From: Candidatus Krumholzibacteriia bacterium
GTDB lineage: Bacteria > Krumholzibacteriota > Krumholzibacteriia > JAJRXK01
DNA: 64,000 nucleotides
Direction: 5' to 3'
Assembly (NCBI GenBank): GCA_041484665.1
Contig: JBGPIA010000002.1
Location: forward strand, 32,001 to 96,000
Part shown: positions 17,338 to 24,934 of the stretch, piece by piece
How the letters are laid out: the number at the start of each line of letters is the position of its first letter
Position numbering within the stretch: position 1 is the first letter of the stretch
Position numbers and translations under genes: made by a program
The notes under the pieces: model-generated
Seen by the model: the letters and a program-made list of their open reading frames with translations, nothing else
The model's database searches: none
Told to the model about the DNA's origin: nothing

Positions 17338-17754
17338 GTGATGGCGACCGGCCGTCCGCGGGGACGGGCGTTGCGGCGGCGACCGGGGCTCCACTGGCGG
17401 CGGTTCCTGCCGCTGCTGGTCGCCGTGGGCGTGGCGGCGTGCGGCCGCCATGGTCGCGAGTCCGCCGCGACGGTGCGTGCCGCAACGCCGCTCCCGCCGG
17501 TACGCTGGCGCGGCATCGCGCGCGCGCAGCGCTACGTCGTGCGCGGCTGGTCGGGCGATCAGTTGCTCTTCGAGCTGACGACACGCGACACGCTGCTGGC
17601 GCTCAGCCCGTCGCTGCAACAGACGCTGGCGGCGTTCGACTCCGCTGCGGTCGAAGTGCTGGGGATGGGAGAGCAGGGTCTGATCGGTCGGCAGGCAGTC
17701 GTGCTGCGTAGCCCCGGACAACGGGACGGGGGTGGTGCCGGAGGTGGGATTTGA
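17338..17754 (+). CDS. Hypothetical lipoprotein
   Basis: AGGAGG RBS upstream. Basic N-terminus, hydrophobic stretch and VAAC lipobox. The 3' end overlaps the tRNA-Leu gene. Confidence 0.5.
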   Translation: MMATGRPRGRALRRRPGLHWRRFLPLLVAVGVAACGRHGRESAATVRAATPLPPVRWRGIARAQRYVVRGWSGDQLLFELTTRDTLLALSPSLQQTLAAFDSAAVEVLGMGEQGLIGRQAVVLRSPGQRDGGGAGGGI

Positions 17755-17819
17755 ACCCACACGAGCCGAAGCCCACGGGATTTTGAGTCCCGCACGTCTG
17801 CCAGTTCCGCCACTCCGGC
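17733..17819 (-). tRNA. tRNA-Leu(CAA)
   Basis: Reverse complement GCCGGAGTGGCGGAACTGGCAGACG...CTCAAAA...GGTTCAAATCC...CCA. Long variable arm, 87 nt. Confidence 0.97.
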
Positions 17820-17860
17820 ATCGCAGCGCCAAAACCAGCGTCGGGCGGCGCGCGGCAGCC

Positions 17861-17889
17861 AGGGTAGGGAGCGCACCGGCAGATGTCAA
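17861..17889 (-). promoter_or_regulatory. sigma70 promoter for tRNA-Leu
   Basis: TTGACA-N17-TACCCT on the minus strand. Confidence 0.65.
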
Positions 17890-17901
17890 ATGGCGCCTCC
17901 C

Positions 17902-17929
17902 TTGACAAGCCCGCGGGAACCAATAAACT
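17902..17929 (+). promoter_or_regulatory. sigma70 promoter for tRNA-Ala
   Basis: TTGACA-N16-TAAACT followed by a GC-rich discriminator. Confidence 0.75.
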
Positions 17930-17949
17930 GGGTCGGCCCAGCACGATGT

Positions 17950-18025
17950 GGGGCCATAGCTCAGCTGGGAGAGCGCATGACTGGCAGTCATGAGGTCACG
18001 GGTTCGAGCCCCGTTGGCTCCACCA
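17950..18025 (+). tRNA. tRNA-Ala(GGC)
   Basis: GGGGCCATAGCTCAGCTGGGAGAGC..CTGGCAG..GGTTCGAGCCC..CCA, 76 nt, G3:U70 alanine identity pair. Confidence 0.97.
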
Positions 18026-18095
18026 ACTCCCCTCGCACAGCGCCGCCGTTCCCACCCTCCTCGACGCCGCCGTGGCGCCAGCGCGCGGTCGAGCC

Positions 18096-19439
18096 ATGAG
18101 CGCGAGCGCGCCTACCGTCGTCTTCTTCGAGGACGCTGGTGTCGCAGGCCTCTTCCCGCTCACGCTGACCCGACCGGCCTTCGAGCTGCGCAGTGGGGCG
18201 CTCAATCTGCGCGAGCGCGTGCAGCTGTGCGCCGGCCCGCGTGCCGTTGCGGCCTGCGTGCGTCCGGCGCTGCAACCCTTGTTGAGCGCCACGCTGCCCG
18301 GCCTGGCCGGCGCAGCGCTCGCCGCGGCCGGACCTGCCGTGTGGATCAACGGCCGGCTGCGCGCGAGCGTTGAGACCCTGCGCCGCATGCTGACCCTCCC
18401 AGCGGCGCCCTCCCGCGCGCTGCGTGTGGATGGGATGGTGGCCATGGCGTGGATCGACGCCGACGCTTCCCTGGCGCTGCGACCGGCCGCCGGCCCCACG
18501 CCGCTGCTCGCGCTGCTGGAGTCGTTGCCGCCGGCGGAGGCGATCACGGACGTGGGGCTCTTCTCCCATCCGTGGGAAATCGTCCAGGCCAACGGTCGGC
18601 TGCTGTGCGACGACTTCCGTACGCTGCGCGACGGCACCCCGATCGCGCGCGAGATCTTCGGCGTCCGCTTCGAGCCCGGGGCGGGCGCCCGCGCGCTACT
18701 GGCCCGCGACGCGTACGGCGCGGCGCAGCAGGCCATCCTGTACCCTGGGGTGCACGTGCTGGAGGAGGAGAACGTACGGTTCGGGGCCGGCTGCCAGCTC
18801 AAGCCTGGCGTGGTCCTGGACGCGCAGCAGGGCCCGATCCTGATCGGCGCCGGCGCGCTCCTTGCGCCCAACGTCGTGGTGGAAGGCCCGGCGTACATTG
18901 GCCCGGGCTGCACCATCAACCCGGGCGCGCGCCTGCGCGAGGGAACGAGTCTGGGAGCGCTCTGCAAGGTGGGCGGAGAGGTTGAGGAGTCGGTCGTGCT
19001 CGACCTGAGCAACAAGCAGCACGATGGCTTCCTGGGGCACGCCGCCCTGGGCTCCTGGGTGAACCTGGGCGCCGACACCAACGGGAGCGACCTCAAGAAC
19101 AACTACGGGACGGTGAAGGTCGATCTCGGGGAAGGGGAGATCGACAGCGGACTGCGCTTCGTCGGGCCCACTATCGGCGATCACTCCAAGACCGGCATTA
19201 ATACGATGCTCACCACTGGGGCCGTGATCGGTGTCTGTTGCAATGTGTACGGAGGCGGCTTTCCTCCTCGGTTCGTACCGAGCTTCCGCTGGGGCGGCCC
19301 CGAGGGCTGGGTTGAGCACCGGCTGCCGGCGGCGTTGGGTACGGCCCGCACGGTGATGGGGCGGCGTCAGGCGGTCTGGCTTCCCGAGCACGAGGCGCTG
19401 CTTGCCGACGTGCACGCCGCCACCGCGCGCCAGCGCTGA
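18096..19439 (+). CDS. GlmU-like sugar nucleotidyltransferase/hexapeptide acyltransferase (Bacteroidota-type alternative GlmU)
   Basis: LFPLTLTRPAFELRSG N-domain, left-handed beta-helix, NKQHDGFLGH, WVNLGADTNGSDLKNNY, GDHSKTGIN. Confidence 0.85.
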   Translation: MSASAPTVVFFEDAGVAGLFPLTLTRPAFELRSGALNLRERVQLCAGPRAVAACVRPALQPLLSATLPGLAGAALAAAGPAVWINGRLRASVETLRRMLTLPAAPSRALRVDGMVAMAWIDADASLALRPAAGPTPLLALLESLPPAEAITDVGLFSHPWEIVQANGRLLCDDFRTLRDGTPIAREIFGVRFEPGAGARALLARDAYGAAQQAILYPGVHVLEEENVRFGAGCQLKPGVVLDAQQGPILIGAGALLAPNVVVEGPAYIGPGCTINPGARLREGTSLGALCKVGGEVEESVVLDLSNKQHDGFLGHAALGSWVNLGADTNGSDLKNNYGTVKVDLGEGEIDSGLRFVGPTIGDHSKTGINTMLTTGAVIGVCCNVYGGGFPPRFVPSFRWGGPEGWVEHRLPAALGTARTVMGRRQAVWLPEHEALLADVHAATARQR

Positions 19440-19461
19440 CCGCGCGGCGACGGCGGCGTTG

Positions 19462-20181
19462 ATGCTGCTCATCGGAGAGACTCTCACCAGCAGCAGCCCT
19501 GCGGTCAGGACCGCGCTGGTCAGCCGCGACGCTGCCTGGCTCACCGCCTGCGCCCGGCGGCAGCTTGCGGCCGGCGTCGAGCTGCTCGACTGCAACGCTG
19601 CCGTGCTGGGAGCCGGGGAGCGCGCGGCGCTGGTGTGGTTGGCGGAGCTGCTGGAGGGAGCGGTGGCGGCACCGCTGTGCCTGGACAGCTCCGATGTGGC
19701 GGTGCTGGCGGCGGCCGGCTGCGGCCGCCGGTTCCCACCCGTGCTGAACTCGGTGGCCGCCACTCCGCCGTGGCCCGAGCTGATCGTGGAGCTGGTGGGC
19801 GCGGGGGCGCGGCTGATCGTGCAGCTGCGCGAAGGGCGCCAGCTGCCCCACGACGCAACCACGCGACTGCGCTGGGCGGAGCGGGCGCTGGCAGGCGCGG
19901 CGCGGGCGGGTCTGCCTGCGGAGCGGATCCTGCTCGATCCCGTGCTGCTACCGTGGGGACACGACCTGGTGCAGGGCGCGCCGCTTCTGGCATTCGTGGA
20001 GGATGCGGCCACGCGCTGGCCCGCCGTGGCGACCATCGTGGGGCTCTCCAACGCGTCGTTTGGCGCCGCCGGCCGCTCGGAGATCCACCGCGCCTGGCTG
20101 CGCGCTCTCAAGACAGCCGGGCTGGGCGCGGTCATCCTGAACCCGTTCGACGCCGAGCTGATCGCGATCGCCCGGACCTGA
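19462..20181 (+). CDS. Pterin-binding TIM barrel, AcsE-like methyltetrahydrofolate:corrinoid methyltransferase homolog
   Basis: MLLIGE start, ARRQLAAG..LLDCN, PLCLDSS, VLNSV, ILLDPVLLP, TIVGLSNASFG..R..I. This matches the AcsE/MetH pterin-domain motif order. Confidence 0.8.
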   Translation: MLLIGETLTSSSPAVRTALVSRDAAWLTACARRQLAAGVELLDCNAAVLGAGERAALVWLAELLEGAVAAPLCLDSSDVAVLAAAGCGRRFPPVLNSVAATPPWPELIVELVGAGARLIVQLREGRQLPHDATTRLRWAERALAGAARAGLPAERILLDPVLLPWGHDLVQGAPLLAFVEDAATRWPAVATIVGLSNASFGAAGRSEIHRAWLRALKTAGLGAVILNPFDAELIAIART

Positions 20182-20351
20182 GTCAGTTTACCGACCCCTC
20201 GCGGAATCTGGCGTATCGGGCCTTGGCCGGACACCGCGGCTCCGTACCCGTCGTAGCCAGTAACCAATTACCCCCTTTCAAGATACGCGTTCGTGCCTGG
20301 AAGTCGGTGCTCGCCGTTCGATGCGGCACGGGACTTGATGCTGTAGGGCTC

Positions 20352-20533
20352 TGCGTCGCCTGCGTGGCGCGCGACTTGCCGGGCGGCTCCTTCATCTTCG
20401 GTCTTCGACCAGCCATTGCCGGCACGCGGCCGCCGCGGACGACGCACAACTTCTACTTCCGGTCCGGCGCGCTCCAGTGCGCCGTGCGACCGCCGATCCG
20501 GCCCCGCGCCCTCCGTCGCGGGGCCGTTTCGTT
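20352..20533 (+). ncRNA. Candidate structured small RNA (unknown family)
   Basis: Long imperfect stem 20352-20446, CU-rich linker, 8-bp hairpin 20465-20484, terminator hairpin 20499-20526 plus TTTCGTT. No convincing ORF here. Confidence 0.4.
20499..20533 (+). terminator. Intrinsic terminator
   Basis: CGGCCCCGCG-ccctccgt-CGCGGGGCCG followed by TTTCGTT. Confidence 0.7.
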
Positions 20534-20561
20534 GACACCCGCGCGCGACCGCTGGTAGGGT
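20532..20561 (+). promoter_or_regulatory. sigma70 promoter of the BMC operon
   Basis: TTGACA-N18-TAGGGT with extended -10 TG (TGgTAGGGT). Confidence 0.6.
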
Positions 20562-20644
20562 GCCTTTGTGCGTGCAGCCGCGCGCGCCCGCGCGGGCCGG
20601 CGTCACGCCAGCGGTCGCTCATCAGGCAAGGAGCAAGTACGGCG

Positions 20645-20935
20645 ATGAAGGAAGCTCTGGGGATGGTCGAGACGCGCGGCTTCGCCGCGATGGTCGAGGC
20701 GGCGGACGCCATGGTGAAGGCGGCCAACGTGGTGCTGATCGGCTATGAGAAGATCGGCGCCGGCTACTGCACGGCGATCGTGCGCGGCGACGTCGCGGCG
20801 GTGAAGGCCGCCACCGATGCCGGCGCGGCGGCAGCGGCGAAGGTTGGCGAGTTGATCACCGTGCACGTCATCCCGCGCCCGCACACCAACGTGCAGGAGC
20901 GGTTGCCGATCGGCGGGGTCGCCGATGGCAAGTGA
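20645..20935 (+). CDS. BMC-H hexamer shell protein (PduA/EutM/CcmK family)
   Basis: [57 protein letters not shown]. Confidence 0.97.
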   Translation: MKEALGMVETRGFAAMVEAADAMVKAANVVLIGYEKIGAGYCTAIVRGDVAAVKAATDAGAAAAAKVGELITVHVIPRPHTNVQERLPIGGVADGK

Positions 20936-20956
20936 CAGCGCGGGCAGGAACGACCC

Positions 20957-21244
20957 ATGCAGCTCGCCGAGGTGATCGGCACGGTGGTGGCCACGCGCAA
21001 GGAGCCGACCCTTGCCGGCATGAAGCTGCTCGTGCTCAAGGTGATCGACCTGCAACGCCAGCCGCTGGGGCAGTATCTGGTGGCGGCCGACGCAGTGGGC
21101 GCCGGGACGAGCGAGATCGTTCTGTTCGCCGCCGGAAGCTCGGCCCGCCTCACCGAGATCACGAAGGACCGTCCGGTGGACGCCGTCGTGATGGCGATCG
21201 TGGACGCCCTCGAGGTAGGTGGCACGTTCCTCTACGAGAAGTAA
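20957..21244 (+). CDS. BMC-P pentamer vertex protein (EutN/CcmL family) 1
   Basis: MQLAEVIGTVVATRK..VAADAVGAG..GSSAR..PVDAVVMAIVD. Confidence 0.95.
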   Translation: MQLAEVIGTVVATRKEPTLAGMKLLVLKVIDLQRQPLGQYLVAADAVGAGTSEIVLFAAGSSARLTEITKDRPVDAVVMAIVDALEVGGTFLYEK

Positions 21245-21341
21245 TCTGCAGCGCGACGGCACTCCGGGCGGGCGCCGCGCCGTCGACCGGTCTCCTCCCG
21301 CCGGCGCCCGGCGCCCGCGGACGCAAGGGCGGGCAGGCGCC

Positions 21342-22850
21342 ATGTCGCTGAGCGAAGAGCGCATCTCCGAGATCGTGCAGGCGGCGCGAGCGCGGGCGGG
21401 GCTTGACGCGCCGTTGCGCGCCCCGGCGGCGCACGCGCCGGCCGGCTCCGGCCCGGCCCACGGCGGCGAGGCCGGCGGCCTTGGCCGCTCGCTGCCCGGC
21501 GGCGGCCACGGGCCCGACAGCGCCATGCAGGGCATCTTCCCCACGCTCGAGGAGGCGGTGCGCGCCGCGGCGCACGCCTTCGAGCAGTTCCGCGGCTTCC
21601 CGCTGGAATCGCGCAAGGCGATGATCGATTCGATCCGCCGCAAGCTGCGCGCGAATGTCGACCTGCTCGCGCGCCTGGCCGTGGAGGAGACCGGCCTGGG
21701 GCGCGCCGAGGACAAACGGGCCAAGAACCTCCTGGTGATCAACAAGTCACCCGGCCCGGAGATCCTCGTGCCCGAGTGCCAGACCGGCGACGATGGTCTG
21801 GTGCTCACCGAATGGGCTCCGTACGGCGTGATCGGCGCGATCACCCCGGTGACCAACCCCAGCGAGACGGTGATCAACAACGGGATCGGGATGCTCGCCG
21901 CCGGCAACGCCGTCGTGTTCAACGGGCACCCCGGCGCCAAGGACGTCACGCGGCTGGCGATCTCGCTGATGAACGAGGCAGCCCAGGAGGCCGGCGCGCC
22001 GCGCAACCTGCTCACCGCAGTGCGCGAGCCCACCATCGAGACGGCCCAGGCGCTCATGCGCCACCGGGACGTACGGTTGCTGGTGGTGACGGGAGGCGCG
22101 GCGGTGGTTAAGGCGGCGCTGCAGTCAGGCAAGCGCTGCATCACGGCCGGACCCGGCAACCCGCCGGCCGTCGTGGACGAGACCGCCGATCTGGCGGCCG
22201 CCGCCCGCGACATCACGCTGGGGGCCTCCCTGGACAACAACATCATCTGCACGGCCGAGAAGCTCGTGATCGTGGTCGAGGCGGTGCGCGACGCGCTGCT
22301 GCGCGAGCTAGGTAGACTGGGCAACGTGATCTTGCGCCAGGACCAGATCCCCCTGCTCTCCAAGGTAATCTTCGAGGAGATGGCGGGACCACGGCAGCGC
22401 GCCCGCATCGACCGGCAGTACGTGGGCAAGAACGCCCGCGTAATCCTGGCCAAGCTCGGCATCCAGGCGACCGACAGCTGCCGGCTGGCGATCGTGCCGG
22501 TCGACAACGATCATCCGTTGCTGTGGACCGAGCAGATGATGCCGGTCCTGCCCGTCACCTCGGCGCCGGACGCTGAGACGGCCATGGATCTGGCCGTGGC
22601 CATGGAGGGGGGCAACCGGCACACGTTCATCATGCACAGCAAGCGTGTGGACCGTCTCAGCGCCATGGCGCGCAAGTGCGACGCGTCGATCTTCGTGAAG
22701 AACGGCCCGAACATCGCCGGGCTGGGCCAGGGCGGCGAGGGCCCCACGAGCTTCACCATCGCGACGCCGACGGGGGAGGGGATGACCGATGCCCGCTCCT
22801 TCTCGCGGCGCCGGCGCTGCACGTTGGTGGGCGAATTCCGCATCGTCTGA
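21342..22850 (+). CDS. Acylating aldehyde dehydrogenase (EutE/PduP family) with N-terminal encapsulation peptide
   Basis: PYGVIGAITPVTNPSET, VVTGG, AGPGNPP, DNNIICTAEK (catalytic Cys), EQMMPVLP, FTIATPTGEG, RRRRC. Confidence 0.95.
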   Translation: MSLSEERISEIVQAARARAGLDAPLRAPAAHAPAGSGPAHGGEAGGLGRSLPGGGHGPDSAMQGIFPTLEEAVRAAAHAFEQFRGFPLESRKAMIDSIRRKLRANVDLLARLAVEETGLGRAEDKRAKNLLVINKSPGPEILVPECQTGDDGLVLTEWAPYGVIGAITPVTNPSETVINNGIGMLAAGNAVVFNGHPGAKDVTRLAISLMNEAAQEAGAPRNLLTAVREPTIETAQALMRHRDVRLLVVTGGAAVVKAALQSGKRCITAGPGNPPAVVDETADLAAAARDITLGASLDNNIICTAEKLVIVVEAVRDALLRELGRLGNVILRQDQIPLLSKVIFEEMAGPRQRARIDRQYVGKNARVILAKLGIQATDSCRLAIVPVDNDHPLLWTEQMMPVLPVTSAPDAETAMDLAVAMEGGNRHTFIMHSKRVDRLSAMARKCDASIFVKNGPNIAGLGQGGEGPTSFTIATPTGEGMTDARSFSRRRRCTLVGEFRIV

Positions 22851-22890
22851 GCCGCGGCGGGAGCCACCTGCCGTCGGCGACCGGGGGAGC

Positions 22891-23502
22891 ATGGACGGGC
22901 GTACCGCGCTGGGGCTGATCGAGTGTCGGAGCATGGCGCGGGGAACGGTTGTCGCCGACGCCATGCTCAAGACCGCGCGCGTGCACCTGCTACTGTGCGC
23001 GCCCGTTTCGCCGGGCAAGCTGCTGGTGGGCCTGCGCGGCGGCGTCGCCGATGTGGAGGCCGCGATGGCGGCGGGCCTGCACGTGGCGGGCGACTGGCTG
23101 GAGGACGCGCTCTTCATCCCGCGCCTGCACGACGAGGTGGCTGCTGCGTTGTTGCGGCCGCTGGGGCAGGGCGTGCTCGAGTCCCTGGGGATCGTCGAGA
23201 CCGCCACGGTGGCGGCAGCGTTGCGTGCTGCCGACGCATCGCTCAAGGCGGCGGGCGTGCGGCTGCTCTCGATCCGGTTGGCCGCGGGGATTGGGGGCAA
23301 GGCCATCTACTTCGTCACCGGAGCGCTGCCCGACGCGCAGGCGGCCGTCGACGCGGGATGTGTCGCGGTACAGCACGCGGCGCTGCTCGTGCACTGCGAG
23401 GTCATCCCGCAGCCCCACCCCGATCTGGCCTGGTACCTGGCCCAGGGTCCGGGGCAGGCGTCCGCCCCCGGCGGAGTGTGGACCCTGCCGCAGGAGGAGT
23501 GA
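22891..23502 (+). CDS. BMC-T tandem-domain shell protein (PduT-like)
   Basis: ALGLIECRSMARG..ADAMLKTA..PGK; second domain SLGIVET..ADASLKAA..RLAAGIGGKA..VIPQPH. Confidence 0.92.
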   Translation: MDGRTALGLIECRSMARGTVVADAMLKTARVHLLLCAPVSPGKLLVGLRGGVADVEAAMAAGLHVAGDWLEDALFIPRLHDEVAAALLRPLGQGVLESLGIVETATVAAALRAADASLKAAGVRLLSIRLAAGIGGKAIYFVTGALPDAQAAVDAGCVAVQHAALLVHCEVIPQPHPDLAWYLAQGPGQASAPGGVWTLPQEE

Positions 23503-23503
23503 G

Positions 23504-23914
23504 GTGCAGCTGGCGCGCGTGCTGGGGACCTGCGTGGCCACGCGCAAGGTGGAGAGCCTGCGCGGACTGCGCCTCTTGATCCTACAGCCGCTCACGTTCG
23601 ACCTGGAGCCGCGCGGACCGCACGTGATCGCCGCCGACGTGGTGCGGGCGGGGCGGGGCGAGCTGGTGTTCTTCGTACGTGGGCGCGAGGCCGCCAATTC
23701 GTTGCCGCAGCCCTTCTGCCCCATCGACGCTGCGTGCGTGGGAATCGTGGACGAGCTGGGCATGGTGGCGCTGACCGGGGCCACGGACAACGCATCGCGC
23801 GAGGCTGCGGGGCGCCCCGTGGCCGCCGTGCGGGCGCAGGATGCCGCGGCCGCCGGCACGCCACAGGCCGCTGCGCTTGTCTGGAGGGTGCGCCAGGGAG
23901 GGGAGATGCCGTGA
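23504..23914 (+). CDS. BMC-P pentamer protein 2 with C-terminal extension
   Basis: GTG start. QLARVLGTCVATRK..AADVVRAGRGELV..GREAA..PIDAACVGIVD. Confidence 0.9.
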   Translation: MQLARVLGTCVATRKVESLRGLRLLILQPLTFDLEPRGPHVIAADVVRAGRGELVFFVRGREAANSLPQPFCPIDAACVGIVDELGMVALTGATDNASREAAGRPVAAVRAQDAAAAGTPQAAALVWRVRQGGEMP

Positions 23915-24171
23915 AGGTCGCCCGCGTGGTGGGCCAGGTGGTCGCCACCCTCAAGCACCCGGACCTGGAGGGGTACCACCTGCTGGTCGTCCAACCCGAG
24001 CCGGTCGGCGGCCTGGCGGGTGGGCCCGCGCTGATCGCCATCGACCGCATCGGGGTCGGTGTCGGCGAGCGCGTCCTGCTGGTGGACGACGGGGCTGCCG
24101 CCCGTGGACTGTTGGGCAAGAGCGGACCGGTCCGCAGCATGATCGTCGGGGTCATCGACGCGGTGGGGTAG
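23911..24171 (+). CDS. BMC-P pentamer protein 3
   Basis: GTGA overlap. KVARVVGQVVATLKH..AIDRIGVGVGERVLLVDDGAAAR..PVRSMIVGVID. Confidence 0.92.
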   Translation: MKVARVVGQVVATLKHPDLEGYHLLVVQPEPVGGLAGGPALIAIDRIGVGVGERVLLVDDGAAARGLLGKSGPVRSMIVGVIDAVG

Positions 24172-24217
24172 AGGTAGGCAGGGGAGCCATCCGAATCAGC
24201 CAACGTCCATTTTTGCA

Positions 24218-24246
24218 TTGACTTGCCCACGCCCCGCTGCTATCTA
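24218..24246 (+). promoter_or_regulatory. Probable sigma70 promoter of the HU/IHF gene
   Basis: TTGACT-N17-TATCTA with TG extension. The last -10 base is non-consensus. Confidence 0.45.
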
Positions 24247-24336
24247 GGGACGGGTTTGCCTCGCGAAGGAGGAGCGGCGGGGCCCTCCTCGCCGCCCCGG
24301 GAGTGGGGACGACGCCTGGCCGGAAGGGGTTTTCGC

Positions 24337-24690
24337 ATGACCAAGGCCGACCTGGTCGAAGTGATCGCCGAAGGCACTGGCCTCTCGAAGAAGGACACGG
24401 GGGTCGTGGTCGACCTGATCCTCGAGAACATCTGCAAGGCGCTGTGCGAAGGGGACAAGGTGGAGCTGCGCGGCTTCGGGAGCTTCAAGGTCAAGGAGCG
24501 GAGGTCGCGCAAGGCGCGCAACCCGAGAACGGGCGACGGGGTCGACGTTCCTTCCAAGCTGGTCCCCTACTTCAAATCGTCCAACGAGCTTAAGATGCTC
24601 GTGGACAGCAACGCGGCCCGCGCCGCGGCTGGCCCGCGCGCAGGCAGAGCCCACGCCGAAAGTGGAAGCGGAAGCGGCGCGGGCTCGTGA
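24337..24690 (+). CDS. HU/IHF family DNA-binding protein
   Basis: MTKADLVE..KVELRGFGSF..ARNPRTG..VPYFKSS. Confidence 0.95.
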   Translation: MTKADLVEVIAEGTGLSKKDTGVVVDLILENICKALCEGDKVELRGFGSFKVKERRSRKARNPRTGDGVDVPSKLVPYFKSSNELKMLVDSNAARAAAGPRAGRAHAESGSGSGAGS

Positions 24691-24811
24691 GCGCGGCGGC
24701 TCTGGCCGCGCGCCTGGTCACGGATCCACATCCATGCGCCCCGCGCGCTCAACCCGCGCGGTGCCATCCAAGACGGGTCGGCTCGGCCCGCCCGACTGAA
24801 GGAGTTCGCAC

Positions 24812-24907
24812 ATGCCCTGCGGCCGCAAGCGCAAGCGCAAGAAGATCGCCACCCACAAGCGCAAGAAGCGCCTGCGCAAGAACCGTCACAAGAAGAAGGG
24901 CAAGTGA
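24812..24907 (+). CDS. Small basic ribosomal protein bS22 / AURKAIP1-COX24 (mS38)-like, 31 aa
   Basis: Below the ORF-track size cutoff. GAAGGAG RBS; MPCGRKRKRKKIATHKRKKRLRKNRHKKKGK. Confidence 0.85.
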   Translation: MPCGRKRKRKKIATHKRKKRLRKNRHKKKGK

Positions 24908-24934
24908 TCCAGCCCCTGGTGAGGGCCCACGTCC

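Noticed and set aside
17733..18025. tRNA genes as integration sites of a genomic island or prophage
   Set aside because: No integrase, no duplicated tRNA 3' end noticed, and no compositional shift.
20190..20300. Possible ZTP (pfl) riboswitch from CTGGCG and GCCTGG fragments near a folate-related gene
   Set aside because: The P1/P2 stems and other conserved bases could not be built, and it lies downstream of the folate gene.
20300..20500. 6S RNA or SRP RNA identity for the structured region
   Set aside because: No SRP helix-8 motif and no convincing 6S closing stem around a central bubble. Kept only as an unknown ncRNA candidate.
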